From contig NZ_JAVJQE010000013.1 of the NCBI RefSeq assembly GCF_040218065.1, positions 590,457 to 654,456 on the forward strand: DNA of 64,000 nt. Direction: 5' to 3'. The notes under the pieces were generated by a model that saw nothing but the letters and a program-made list of their open reading frames with translations, was not told the origin of the DNA and did not search any database. Shown here piece by piece: positions 1 to 8,978 of this stretch. The translations under genes and the position numbers were made by a program. Source of the DNA: Marivibrio sp. (GTDB lineage Bacteria; Pseudomonadota; Alphaproteobacteria; UBA8366; Aestuariispiraceae). Within the stretch, counting starts at the first letter, position 1, and every line of letters begins with the position of its first letter.

Positions 1-1
1 G

Positions 2-319
2 ATCGCCGACAGGATTATGCTCGACCCGATTTTCCTGCATGTTTGGTCGCATCAGTTCGCCGATCCGCCTGAGGTTGCAATGGATTTGGCCTCCCCCGCC
101 GCCAGGGGGGCCGTCGGGTTCGATCTGGCGCGTGACGGCCCCGCTTACACGACGCTGCTTCTCGTGCGAAATCTTCCCACGTTGTTTGGCGCAAAAGGCG
201 ACGCAACGGATGCGGGGCCATCGATGCTGTTACTAGACGCCGACCCCGCGGAGACTCTGGTCGCTCCAGTTAGGTTCCCCTCTCCCTATGCGGAGGCGAC
301 AGGGCTGTCGCGATTCTAG
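2..319 (+). CDS. possible 3' end of a CDS entering from the left edge (hypothetical)
   Basis: Frame is open from nt 2 (IADRIMLDPIFLH...) to TAG 317-319. Host-like GC and non-junk composition, but no recognisable motif. Last 50 nt overlap the convergent ORF 270..1862. Confidence 0.25.
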   Translation: MADRIMLDPIFLHVWSHQFADPPEVAMDLASPAARGAVGFDLARDGPAYTTLLLVRNLPTLFGAKGDATDAGPSMLLLDADPAETLVAPVRFPSPYAEATGLSRF

Positions 320-1862
320 CCGGAAGCGCTAAGTGCGACTCGCTTCCGCTCAAAAAGTCCGCCGCTGATGCACGCCGCGCCTCAATAGCTAGCGATACGG
401 GCTGCGAAATGGCGTGACTCATATCTTCGGCCCACCGCACGCAGAAGCTTGCGCCGTCCGCGATCTCGACGTCGCTCAATCTCTGGCCGCCTTCGCGTGC
501 GCTGATGATCTCCCCCACAGCCCGAACGATGTTTTCCACCGCGCCGCCAGCGTCAAAGCCGATCTGCGCTTTCGAGAGCGAACGTCCATTGAACTCGAAC
601 TCTATTTGGACGCCAAGAACCAGCAAGCTGGCGATGAATGTAGCCAAAACCCATCTGCTCTTCAGCACAAGGAATAGCCTGGAGGATCCTGATGTTATCG
701 CCTCGACGGTTATAAGATCCCGATAGGATGCGGATTCCAAAAGCTCGCGAACTTTCGATGAGGCCGTTATGTGCGAGGGTCCGCGAATGGAGACCATGAC
801 ACGATATTTTTCCGTAAGCACGGTAGGCGCGACCTCGGCGAGCACCGCTTGAGCCGATCGCAGATAGTCAGGATGCCCCTGTTTGCCGGAAGCGATAATT
901 GAAATCCTCTGCGCCGCCGCACGGACGATTGAATGATCGAGCCTTTCGTTGAGCGCCAGCGTTTGCAGGGCGAGCGCCAGATCGAACGCCTCCTCGGATG
1001 CGTTAGCCTCCTTGGGCAATTTACTGTTGAACAGAGCTGCTATGTCGGACGAGGCGACGTCAAGCTCCTGAACTGAGATCGCGCGCTCACCTCTCCGGCT
1101 CGCATGGGACGCCAGTAGGATAGCGTTGACGCGCTCGATTAGGCGCGAGCCGACCAAACTACGCCGCAAGTATTCGGACACCCCTGCGTGCAGATCTCCC
1201 CAATCGGCATCCTTCACGACGGCGTCAGCGCGAAGCCTAAGGAGATCCAACGTTTCTGGCAGGAGGGCGTTGGCGCAGGCTGCAAGGCCCAAAAGTTTTG
1301 AGACCGACGCTTCAATTCGGTCTATTTTCGAGCTCTCGAAAACAACGCCCCGGAAGGACGCGCTGAACAGATTTACCTTGGCGAACCGACAGGATTTGAA
1401 GCGCGCCTCCTCCAGGGCGCACTGCCGCATGTACAAGGCGCTGAATTTGGCGTCCCTCACGACGAGCCGCTTTAACGCGACGTCGTCGAGTAAACACCGC
1501 GAGATCAAAGCACCGTTAAAGTCCAGGACGGCGCCGTCAAAATTGCACGCCTGAATGCGCGCGCCCCATCTTTTGGTGGTCCGTTGTAAACTGCAGCGTT
1601 CAAACAGCGTTCTCGAAAAATTGCTGTGCGCGGCGGCCATTCTGGAGAAGCTGCAATTAAGAAATTGCGCGCCACCTAGATCGCATGAAACGAATTCAAC
1701 CAAATTAAAAGTACAGTTTAAGAAAATAATTCCGTATAAGTCGGTATTTTGAAAGACACAATTATAAAATGAGAGCGATCTTACAACGCCCCCATGACTG
1801 AGGTTATCGTGATCAATGTGCCGATTCTGTACAACTTTCTGTACTTCCCCACGATTAGGCAT
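270..1862 (-). CDS. pentapeptide-repeat protein with helical middle region and uncharacterised C-terminal module
   Basis: 530-aa ORF with ATG at 1862. N-terminal ~190 aa show strict 5-residue periodicity (CVFQN TDLYG IIFLN CTFNL VEFVS CDLGG AQFLN CSFSR ...). GC is clearly below the window average, especially nt ~1560-1860. Confidence 0.8.
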   Translation of the reverse strand: MPNRGEVQKVVQNRHIDHDNLSHGGVVRSLSFYNCVFQNTDLYGIIFLNCTFNLVEFVSCDLGGAQFLNCSFSRMAAAHSNFSRTLFERCSLQRTTKRWGARIQACNFDGAVLDFNGALISRCLLDDVALKRLVVRDAKFSALYMRQCALEEARFKSCRFAKVNLFSASFRGVVFESSKIDRIEASVSKLLGLAACANALLPETLDLLRLRADAVVKDADWGDLHAGVSEYLRRSLVGSRLIERVNAILLASHASRRGERAISVQELDVASSDIAALFNSKLPKEANASEEAFDLALALQTLALNERLDHSIVRAAAQRISIIASGKQGHPDYLRSAQAVLAEVAPTVLTEKYRVMVSIRGPSHITASSKVRELLESASYRDLITVEAITSGSSRLFLVLKSRWVLATFIASLLVLGVQIEFEFNGRSLSKAQIGFDAGGAVENIVRAVGEIISAREGGQRLSDVEIADGASFCVRWAEDMSHAISQPVSLAIEARRASAADFLSGSESHLALPARIATALSPPHRERGT

Positions 1863-2059
1863 GGTAATTCCCAGTTATCTATATGAGTTTTCTACTTTAT
1901 GGCGTTTTATCAGCTATCGCAATCATACGGCGATCATCTCTCCGCCCCAAATCGATCGTGCGCATTCGGACGGTTGCTTTTTGGGGTCTTTCCCACTACA
2001 AGCACGCCGCTCGGCGTCAGTCGGGCGTTTCCATAGCTCCTTGCCGACGGAAAAGTTCC

Positions 2060-2155
2060 GCCGGCTAGAGCCGTGCGGCGGAGGGTCCCGTCCCTTTCGG
2101 GGGGACGGAGGTCGACAACCGCGGCGGCTCGGGACCAGCCGAAGGGAGTGGCGAT
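2060..2155 (+). promoter_or_regulatory. structured rpsF 5' leader (candidate S6:S18 autoregulatory element)
   Basis: GC-rich hairpin CCGTCCC/GGGACGG at about 2088-2108, directly upstream of the rpsF SD (GAAGGGAG). An rpsF leader bound by S6:S18 is known in bacteria, but its match to that motif is not verified here. Confidence 0.3.
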
Positions 2156-2623
2156 ATGCCGAATTACGAGGTCGTGCTGATCGCACGACAGGATGTGTCT
2201 GCGACCACGGTCGAGACCATCACCGACGAGATCAAGTCCCAGATCACCGAGGAGGGCGGAACCATCGCCCGGCAGGAATACTGGGGCCTGCGCAATCTCG
2301 CCTACCGCATCAAGAAGAACCGCAAGGGGCATTACGTGCTCCTCAACATCTCGGCCAAGCCGGAGACGGTGCATGAGGTCGAGCGCAAGATGCGCCTGCA
2401 TGACGACATCCTGCGCCACATGACGACCCGCACCGAGGATCTGCCGGAAGAGCCGTCGATCGTGATGCAGCGCCGCGAGGAGCGCGGGCGCGGCGACCGG
2501 GGCGATCGCGGAGACCGCGGCCCCCGTGGCGACCGTGGGGGCGACCGTGGGGGCGACCGCGGCGATCGCGGTCCGCGCGGCGGCGACCGCGGCGACCGCG
2601 GCGACCGCGCCGAGCGCAGCTGA
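2156..2623 (+). CDS. rpsF: 30S ribosomal protein S6 with C-terminal GDR/RGD repeat tail
   Basis: [13 protein letters not shown]...[23 protein letters not shown] is typical S6. SD precedes the ATG at 2156. First gene of the rpsF-rpsR-rplI order. Confidence 0.97.
   Translation: MPNYEVVLIARQDVSATTVETITDEIKSQITEEGGTIARQEYWGLRNLAYRIKKNRKGHYVLLNISAKPETVHEVERKMRLHDDILRHMTTRTEDLPEEPSIVMQRREERGRGDRGDRGDRGPRGDRGGDRGGDRGDRGPRGGDRGDRGDRAERS
2480..2608 (+). repeat. in-frame low-complexity tandem repeat (GGCGACCGN units) encoding the (R)GDRG-repeat tail of S6
   Basis: DNA shows repeated ggcgaccgtggg / ggcgaccgcggc units. Protein reads [43 protein letters not shown]. Confidence 0.9.
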
Positions 2624-2657
2624 ACACGACGCCCGAGAGCTTGAAGGAGAGACCGAC

Positions 2658-2900
2658 ATGGCCACCCGTCCCGCCCCGCGGCGCCCCTTTTTCCGCCGCA
2701 AGAAGACCTGCCCCTTTTCCGGCCCCAACGCGCCGGAGATCGACTACAAGGACGTGAAGACGCTGCAGCGCTTCGTGTCCGAGCGCGGCAAGATCGTGCC
2801 CTCGCGCATCACCGCCGTCAGCGCCAAGAAGCAGCGCCTGCTGGCCCGCGCCATCAAGCGCGCGCGCTTCATCGGCCTGCTGCCGTACACCATCAGCTAA
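2658..2900 (+). CDS. rpsR: 30S ribosomal protein S18
   Basis: ATG at 2658 preceded by [18 protein letters not shown]...[50 protein letters not shown] is canonical S18. Confidence 0.97.
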   Translation: MATRPAPRRPFFRRKKTCPFSGPNAPEIDYKDVKTLQRFVSERGKIVPSRITAVSAKKQRLLARAIKRARFIGLLPYTIS

Positions 2901-2913
2901 GGAGGATCGAAGC

Positions 2914-3645
2914 ATGAGCGTTCAAGTCATCCTCCTCGAGCGGATCGAAAAGCTCGGCCAGATGGGCGACGTGGTCGCCGTCAAGCCGGGCTTCGCCCGC
3001 AACTTCCTGCTGCCCCAGGGCAAGGCGGTGCGCGCCAGCGAGACCGCGCTGAAGGAATTCGAGGCCAAGCGCGCCCAGCTCGAGGCCGAAAATCTCGAGA
3101 AGAAGCAGGAGGCCGAGCGCGTCGCCTCCGATCTGGAAGGCCTGCAGGTCGTCCTGATTCGGGCGGCGTCCGAGACCGGCCAGCTCTACGGATCGGTCAC
3201 CGCGCGCGACATCGCCAATGCGGTCACCGAGGCCGGCGTCACCATCTCACGCACCCAGGTGCTGATGGAGAAGCCGGTGAAGACGCTCGGCGTCTTCGAC
3301 TTCCGCATCAAGCTGCACCCGGAGATCATCGTCACGATCGAGATCAACGTCGCGCAGTCGCAGGAAGAGGCCGAGGCCCAGGCCGAGCGCGTAGCGCGCG
3401 GAGAGGACGCGGTCGTCACCGAGGCCGAGCAGGCCGCCCGCGAGATGGCCGAGGAGGCCGAGGCCCAGGCGGCCGCGATCGCCCAGGCCGCGGCCGACAT
3501 GGCGAGCGGCGAAAACGCCGAGGCCCTGAAGGAAGCCGCCGAAGAGGCGAAAGCCGAAGCGGAGGAGATCGTCGAAGAGGTCCGCGAGGCCGCCGGCGAA
3601 GAGCTTCCCAACGACGACGAGAGCGAGGAGGAGAACAAGGGCTAA
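2914..3645 (+). CDS. rplI: 50S ribosomal protein L9 with ~90-aa acidic Ala/Glu-rich C-terminal extension
   Basis: [39 protein letters not shown] is canonical L9 N-terminus. SD is AAGGAGGA. At 243 aa it is well above the usual ~150 aa. Confidence 0.95.
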   Translation: MSVQVILLERIEKLGQMGDVVAVKPGFARNFLLPQGKAVRASETALKEFEAKRAQLEAENLEKKQEAERVASDLEGLQVVLIRAASETGQLYGSVTARDIANAVTEAGVTISRTQVLMEKPVKTLGVFDFRIKLHPEIIVTIEINVAQSQEEAEAQAERVARGEDAVVTEAEQAAREMAEEAEAQAAAIAQAAADMASGENAEALKEAAEEAKAEAEEIVEEVREAAGEELPNDDESEEENKG

Positions 3646-3674
3646 CCCCCTCTCCTTCTTGGTCGCGATGAAAG

Positions 3675-3709
3675 GCGCGCGCGGGTCCGGGAGGCTCGCG
3701 CGCGTTTTT
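3675..3709 (+). terminator. rho-independent terminator after rplI
   Basis: Stem GCGCGCGCG (3675-3683) pairs with CGCGCGCG (3697-3704), followed by TTTTT (3705-3709). Confidence 0.75.
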
Positions 3710-3956
3710 CCTTTTGCCGCCTCGTCCACAGAAGACCGCACGCGCTGTCGTCGGCCCGACCTGATCCGGGCCAACCGCAGGCCGGGCGTCGCTCAGACTC
3801 CGGTCGTCCCGGCTCTGCGGCCGGGCCGGCGGGTGAGAACGCACGCGGGGGCGCAACCGACCCCGGGATTGAAGCGCCCGATATCCTCTCTATTCACAGC
3901 CGGCGTTCGCATTTGTTCACCTAACGCCGCCGGTCCGACTCGCCTATAACCGATGC

Positions 3957-5519
3957 ATGAGCAATCCTCCCGCCCCCACCGCCTCCGACGAGCCGCGGCT
4001 CGACAACGTCACCCCCTTGCGCGACGGCGGCGAGGGGGAGGCGCGCGCCGTCTCGCTGCGCCAGCCGCCGCACAATATCGAGGTGGAGCAGGCGCTGCTC
4101 GGCGCCATTCTGCGCAACAACCGCGCCTACGAAGCCGCGGGCGACCTGTTGGAGGCGCGGCACTTCTACGCCCCCGAGCATCAGCGCCTCTTTCAATACA
4201 TCCGCACCATCGTCGACCGCGCGCAGGTCGCGAACGCCGCCTCGCTCGGCCACATCGTGGACGAGGACGAGTTGCTGAAAGGCGTCGGCGGGCGGGAGTA
4301 TCTCTATCAACTCGACGCCGGGCTGGTGACCATCATCAACGCCCGGCAGTACGCCGAGACGGTGCGCGACCTCTTCATCAAACGCGAGCTGATCGGGCTC
4401 GGCGAGGACGTCGTCAACGACGCCTACGACAGTTCCGACCTGGACTTCACCGCCGAAAAGCAGATCGAAAAGGCGGAGCAGCGGCTCTACGACCTCGCCG
4501 TCTCGGGCGAGGCGGACCGCACCGTGGTGGCCATCGGCCGGGCGGCGGGCGAAGCGGTCGCCGCCGTCGAAAAGGCGATGCAGCGCGAAGGCCACGTCGT
4601 CGGCGTCACCACCGGCTTTCGCGACGTCGACAACATGTTGGGCGGCCTGCACCCGTCGGATCTGCTGATCCTGGCCGGGCGGCCGGCGATGGGGAAGACC
4701 GCGCTCGCCACCAACATCGCCTTCAACGCGGCCCACGCCTACAAGAAGATCGAGACGGACGACGGCCAGGAGATCGAGGAAGGCGGCCACGTCCTCTTCT
4801 TCTCGCTCGAGATGTCGTCGGAACAGCTGGCGGCGCGCATCATGGCCGAGCGCGCCCGGGTCAGCTCCGACAAGATGCGCCGCGGCGAGATCGGGAATGA
4901 GGAGTTCGACCGTGTGGCCGCGGCCGCGGAAGAACTCTCGCGCCTGCCGCTATACATCGACGACACGCCGGCCCTTTCCATCACCGGCCTGCGTCAGCGC
5001 GCGCGCCGGGTGAAGCGGCAGCACGGGCTGCATCTGATCGTGGTCGACTATCTGCAGCTCCTGCAGCCGCCCGCCGACAAGCGGGTCGAGGGCCGCGTCA
5101 ACGAGGTCTCGGAGATCACGCGCGGGCTGAAGACGCTGGCGAAGGAGCTGGACGTGCCGGTGCTCGCCCTCTCCCAGCTCTCGCGCCAGGTGGAGAATCG
5201 CGAAGACAAGCGCCCGCAGCTGGCCGACTTGCGCGAATCCGGCTCGATCGAGCAGGACGCGGACGTCGTCACCTTCATCTACCGGCCGGAATACTATTTG
5301 GAGAAAGAGCATCCCGAGCAGCGCGGCAACGAGACGCCGGAGAAGTATCAGGAGCGGGTCGAGCGCCACAACCAGCGCCTGGCCGAGGCCCGCAACATCG
5401 CCGAGGTGATCATCGCCAAGCAGCGCCACGGCCCCGTCGGCACTGTCGAGCTGCAGTTCACCGGCGAGTTCACCGTCTTCTCCGACCTCGACCGGCATCA
5501 CGACGGGGATATGTATTGA
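3957..5519 (+). CDS. dnaB: replicative DNA helicase DnaB
   Basis: PPHNIEVEQALLGAIL (N-terminal domain), GRPAMGKTALATNIA (Walker A) and IAKQRHGPVG. Follows rplI, as in many bacteria. Confidence 0.97.
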   Translation: MSNPPAPTASDEPRLDNVTPLRDGGEGEARAVSLRQPPHNIEVEQALLGAILRNNRAYEAAGDLLEARHFYAPEHQRLFQYIRTIVDRAQVANAASLGHIVDEDELLKGVGGREYLYQLDAGLVTIINARQYAETVRDLFIKRELIGLGEDVVNDAYDSSDLDFTAEKQIEKAEQRLYDLAVSGEADRTVVAIGRAAGEAVAAVEKAMQREGHVVGVTTGFRDVDNMLGGLHPSDLLILAGRPAMGKTALATNIAFNAAHAYKKIETDDGQEIEEGGHVLFFSLEMSSEQLAARIMAERARVSSDKMRRGEIGNEEFDRVAAAAEELSRLPLYIDDTPALSITGLRQRARRVKRQHGLHLIVVDYLQLLQPPADKRVEGRVNEVSEITRGLKTLAKELDVPVLALSQLSRQVENREDKRPQLADLRESGSIEQDADVVTFIYRPEYYLEKEHPEQRGNETPEKYQERVERHNQRLAEARNIAEVIIAKQRHGPVGTVELQFTGEFTVFSDLDRHHDGDMY

Positions 5520-5522
5520 GGC

Positions 5523-5627
5523 GGGCGTCGTCCGTCGTCGGACGACGCCCCCGCGACGGCGGGGCCTTCGTCATCATCGCACGGGCGTCGGAGCCCGCTT
5601 AGAGGGGGTCCCCGCCGTCGCGGGGAC
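5523..5627. repeat. intergenic REP-like hairpins (family 1)
   Basis: Perfect 12-bp hairpin GGGCGTCGTCCG-tcgt-CGGACGACGCCC (5523-5550), plus GTCCCCGC-cgtc-GCGGGGAC (5608-5627). The second stem recurs at 10664-10683. Confidence 0.7.
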
Positions 5628-5655
5628 TCCGTGAGGGTGAGGTCGGGGCCGACCC

Positions 5656-7395
5656 CTATTCCCCCCGCCGCTTGCGCTCCGCTTCGTCCCAGGCGGTCAG
5701 CGCCTGATAGTCCGGGACGAAGCCGAGGCCCTTCGAGGCGTCGGAAGAGACGGCCTCTCGCGAGGTGACGACGTCGACGACGGCGGGCGCGTTCTGCAGC
5801 GCGCGGCCGATCGCGCCGGGCAGGTCGGCCGGATCTTCCACCCGCTCGCCATGCGCGCCCAGCGCGCGGGCCATGGCGGCGTAATCGGCGTTGCCCAGCG
5901 TGGTGCCGACGACGCGGCCGCCGTAATTGTATTCCTGATCGAAACGCTCGATGTTCCAGGCGGCGTTGTTGGAGACGATGAAGACCGCCTTCGCCCCGTG
6001 GCGGACGGCCGTGTCGACCTCCATCGCGTTGATCCCGAAGGCGCCGTCGCCGTTGACCGAGATCACCTGCCGGCCCGGATAGGCGAGCGCGGCGGCGACC
6101 GCGAAGGGCGTGCCGACGCCCAAGCAGCCGAAGGCGCCGGCGTCCATATAGGTGCGCGCCGTCAGCCCAACCCGCGCGAAGCTCAGCAGGTCCCCGCCGT
6201 CGGCGATCGCGATATGGTCGGGATCGACGAGGGCGTTCAGCGCCTCGAAGATCGCCATCGGGTGGATCTTGCCGTCGGGGCCGGTCTTAGGCGCAGCCTG
6301 GTCTCGGCCTTTCTCGACCCGCTCGCGATGCTTGGCGCTAAGGCCGTCGCGCCAATCCCGGTCGCGCGCGCCGACGTCGTTCCCCAGCGCAGCCGTGATC
6401 GCGTCCAGCGCGCTCGGCACATGCGCCAGGATCTCCGGATCGCCGCGGCGGTTGTCGATCAATTCGCCCGTCGTGTCGGCGATGCGCAGAAAGCGCGCTT
6501 CGCCGAAGACGGCCGGCGACCCGTAGGCGAGCTGATAGTCGAGCTTGCGCCCCAGCGTGATCACCAGATCCGCCTGAGCCATCGCCGCCGCGCGCACGGC
6601 GCCGACGACGGACGGGTGATCGGGATCCAACAGCCCGCGGCTTTCCTGGGTGTCGAGATAGAGCGCTTCCGTCGCCTCGAGGAAGCGAGCGAGCGCGTCC
6701 CGGGCCCCGCGCGCGCCGCGCCCGCTGATCACCAGCGGGCGTTTGGCGCCGCGGATCGCGTCGGCCGCCGCCTCGATCGCCGCCGGATCGGGGGCGATGC
6801 GGCGCGGCGGCTTGGCCCGCATCCAATCGTCGAGGACGAGCTGCGACGGCACGGGCGCGCGCAGCACGTCGGTCGGAAATTCGATATAGCTCGGCCCCGG
6901 CTCGCCCAGATCGCCTTGCGCCCGCGCGATCGCCTCGTCGAGTTCGCGCAAGGTCTGTTCGGGCACGCGGGCCGTGCGGGCGTAGCGCGAAACCGGCGCC
7001 AAGATGTCGACATGCGGGATGTCCTGCAGCGGTCCCATATTGGCCTGCGGGCGCGAGGTGCAGCCGCCGATCAGCAGCACCGGCGCGCGCGCCAGCGAGG
7101 CGTTGGCGATCGCCGTCACCGTGTTGGTGACGCCGGGCCCCGCCGTCACCATCGCGACGCCCAACGCGCCGGTCAGCTCCGCATGCGCGTGCGCCATGTG
7201 GACGGCCGCGCGTTCGTCGCGGACGTCGACAATGCGGACGCCGAGCCGCGCGGCGTGATCCCAGATCGGCTGGATATGCCCGCCCTGCAGACCGAAGATG
7301 CGGTCGACGCCGCGGGCCTTCAGGCTTTTCGCGATCCAGGCGGCGGCGCTGGTCTCATCGGCGTTCAGGTCTTGTCTCGGGATGTCGGCGCTCAT
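5656..7395 (-). CDS. thiamine-diphosphate-dependent enzyme, oxalyl-CoA decarboxylase / 2-hydroxyacyl-CoA lyase / acetolactate-synthase superfamily
   Basis: Start at MSADIPRQ (ATG 7395), 1 nt overlap with the upstream stop. Motifs [29 protein letters not shown] and the ThDP motif [29 protein letters not shown]. The longer 944-aa ORF in the track is an out-of-frame artefact upstream of this ATG. Confidence 0.85.
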   Translation of the reverse strand: MSADIPRQDLNADETSAAAWIAKSLKARGVDRIFGLQGGHIQPIWDHAARLGVRIVDVRDERAAVHMAHAHAELTGALGVAMVTAGPGVTNTVTAIANASLARAPVLLIGGCTSRPQANMGPLQDIPHVDILAPVSRYARTARVPEQTLRELDEAIARAQGDLGEPGPSYIEFPTDVLRAPVPSQLVLDDWMRAKPPRRIAPDPAAIEAAADAIRGAKRPLVISGRGARGARDALARFLEATEALYLDTQESRGLLDPDHPSVVGAVRAAAMAQADLVITLGRKLDYQLAYGSPAVFGEARFLRIADTTGELIDNRRGDPEILAHVPSALDAITAALGNDVGARDRDWRDGLSAKHRERVEKGRDQAAPKTGPDGKIHPMAIFEALNALVDPDHIAIADGGDLLSFARVGLTARTYMDAGAFGCLGVGTPFAVAAALAYPGRQVISVNGDGAFGINAMEVDTAVRHGAKAVFIVSNNAAWNIERFDQEYNYGGRVVGTTLGNADYAAMARALGAHGERVEDPADLPGAIGRALQNAPAVVDVVTSREAVSSDASKGLGFVPDYQALTAWDEAERKRRGE

Positions 7396-8978
7396 CAACT
7401 CTCTCCTTCTGCGCCGCCGTCGGCCTTGTCGGCCAACAGCGCGCGCAACTCGCGGTGCAGGATCTTGCCGGTCGCGTTGCGGGGCATCTCGTCCGGCTTG
7501 AGGAAGACGACGCCGCGCGGGCGCTTGTAGCCGGCCAGCTTGTCGCGCGCCCACTCGATCAGACTCGCCTCGTCGAGGCTCTCCCCCGACCGCAGCACGA
7601 CCGCGGCGCAGACCGTCTCGCCCCATTTCGGGTCGGGTCGGCCGATCACGGCGACGTCGCGCACGGCCGGGTGATCGCCCAACACGCCCTCGACCTCGGA
7701 GGGATAGATGTTCTCCCCGCCGGAGATGATCAGGTTCTTCTTGCGGTCGATCAGCTGGATGTAGCCGTCTTCGTCGCGCCGGGCGACGTCGCCGACGCTG
7801 ACATAGTCGCCGCGCATCGCTTCCGCGGTCTTCTCGGGCAGCTTCCAATAGCCGTCGAAACTGTAGGGGCTGCAGGAGAAGAGCTCCCCCGGCTCGCCGT
7901 CCGGCACTTCGTTTCCGTCGTCGTCGAGCAGCAGGATCGGCGCGGAGCCCGTGACCTCGCGCCCCACCGTGCCGAGCTTCTCGAACTGTTCGTGCGGGTG
8001 GAGCATGGTGGCCCAGCCCTGTTCGGTCGAGCCGTAGAGCTCGTAGAGGCCGGAGTTCGGGAACATCTCCATCACCGCGCGCTTGGTGTCGGCGCGCGCC
8101 GGCGCGGAGGAGATCATCAGCTTCTCCACCCGCCCGAAGTCGCCGCGGCGATCGGCCGCCGGCGCGTCCAGCATCATGGCGAAGTGGGTCGGCGTAAGCG
8201 AGGTGAACGTGGCCCCGGTCTCCGCGAAGGTCCGAAGCGCGAGCGAGGCGTCGAAGCTCTTGCGCGAGAAGATCGTCACCGTCGCGCCGATCATCGCGAA
8301 GCTGGTGAAGAAGTTGAGCGAATTGGCGTGATGCATCGGCATGACCAGGAGCGCGTCGTCCTCGCGCTTCAGCGAGAGTTCGACCTGCGTCATCAGGGCC
8401 AGCATCGCCATGCCGCGATGGCCGCGGATCACGCCCTTCGGCTTTCCCGTGGTGCCAGAGGTGTACATGAGGCACCAAGGGGCGTCGCAATCGACGGGCG
8501 CGCTCGGCGCGTCGGGGCGCGCCGCCTCGATCAGCGCCTCATAGTCGCGCCAGCCGGAAGCCGTCGGACCGTCGCCGATCTGCAGAAACCGGTCCGCGGG
8601 AAGCGCCAGGCGATCGCGCAGGGCGTCTACCGTCGCCAGCAGCGCGTCCTCGACGATCACGGCGGCGGTCCCGGAATCCTCCAGGATGTAGAGCGCCTCC
8701 TCCGGCGTCAGGCGGAAGTTGATCGGCGTCACGACCAGCCCGGCCTTGGCGGCGGCGGCGTAGATCTCCGCCCACTCCACCCGGTTGTAGGCCAGCGCCG
8801 CGACGCGGTCGCCCGCCTGGAGGCCGAGGCCGAGCAGGCCGTTCGCCAGACGGCGCGCGCGCTCGTCCCACTGTCGGAAGGTCATCGCGCGCTCCAGATC
8901 GCGCGCGCCGATGCGCTCGGGCTGGAGGCGCGCCTGGGCGGTCAACATCTGGCCGAGGGTCAGCGGCGCCGGGCTCAT
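7395..8978 (-). CDS. AMP-dependent acyl-CoA synthetase/ligase (ANL superfamily)
   Basis: [16 protein letters not shown]-binding motif, [42 protein letters not shown], and terminal GKILHRELR. Confidence 0.9.
   Translation of the reverse strand: MSPAPLTLGQMLTAQARLQPERIGARDLERAMTFRQWDERARRLANGLLGLGLQAGDRVAALAYNRVEWAEIYAAAAKAGLVVTPINFRLTPEEALYILEDSGTAAVIVEDALLATVDALRDRLALPADRFLQIGDGPTASGWRDYEALIEAARPDAPSAPVDCDAPWCLMYTSGTTGKPKGVIRGHRGMAMLALMTQVELSLKREDDALLVMPMHHANSLNFFTSFAMIGATVTIFSRKSFDASLALRTFAETGATFTSLTPTHFAMMLDAPAADRRGDFGRVEKLMISSAPARADTKRAVMEMFPNSGLYELYGSTEQGWATMLHPHEQFEKLGTVGREVTGSAPILLLDDDGNEVPDGEPGELFSCSPYSFDGYWKLPEKTAEAMRGDYVSVGDVARRDEDGYIQLIDRKKNLIISGGENIYPSEVEGVLGDHPAVRDVAVIGRPDPKWGETVCAAVVLRSGESLDEASLIEWARDKLAGYKRPRGVVFLKPDEMPRNATGKILHRELRALLADKADGGAEGES

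Noticed and set aside
2480-2608. Short tandem DNA repeats that might suggest a CRISPR-like or VNTR array
   Set aside because: The repeats are in frame inside rpsF and encode the GDR tail. There are no spacers of unique sequence and no cas genes anywhere in the window.
5656-8490. 944-aa ORF that would fuse a long N-terminal extension to the ThDP enzyme
   Set aside because: The part upstream of MSADIPRQ (ATG 7395) is Arg/Pro/Gly-rich junk read out of frame across the well-supported acyl-CoA ligase gene (7395..8978). It is a high-GC open-frame artefact.
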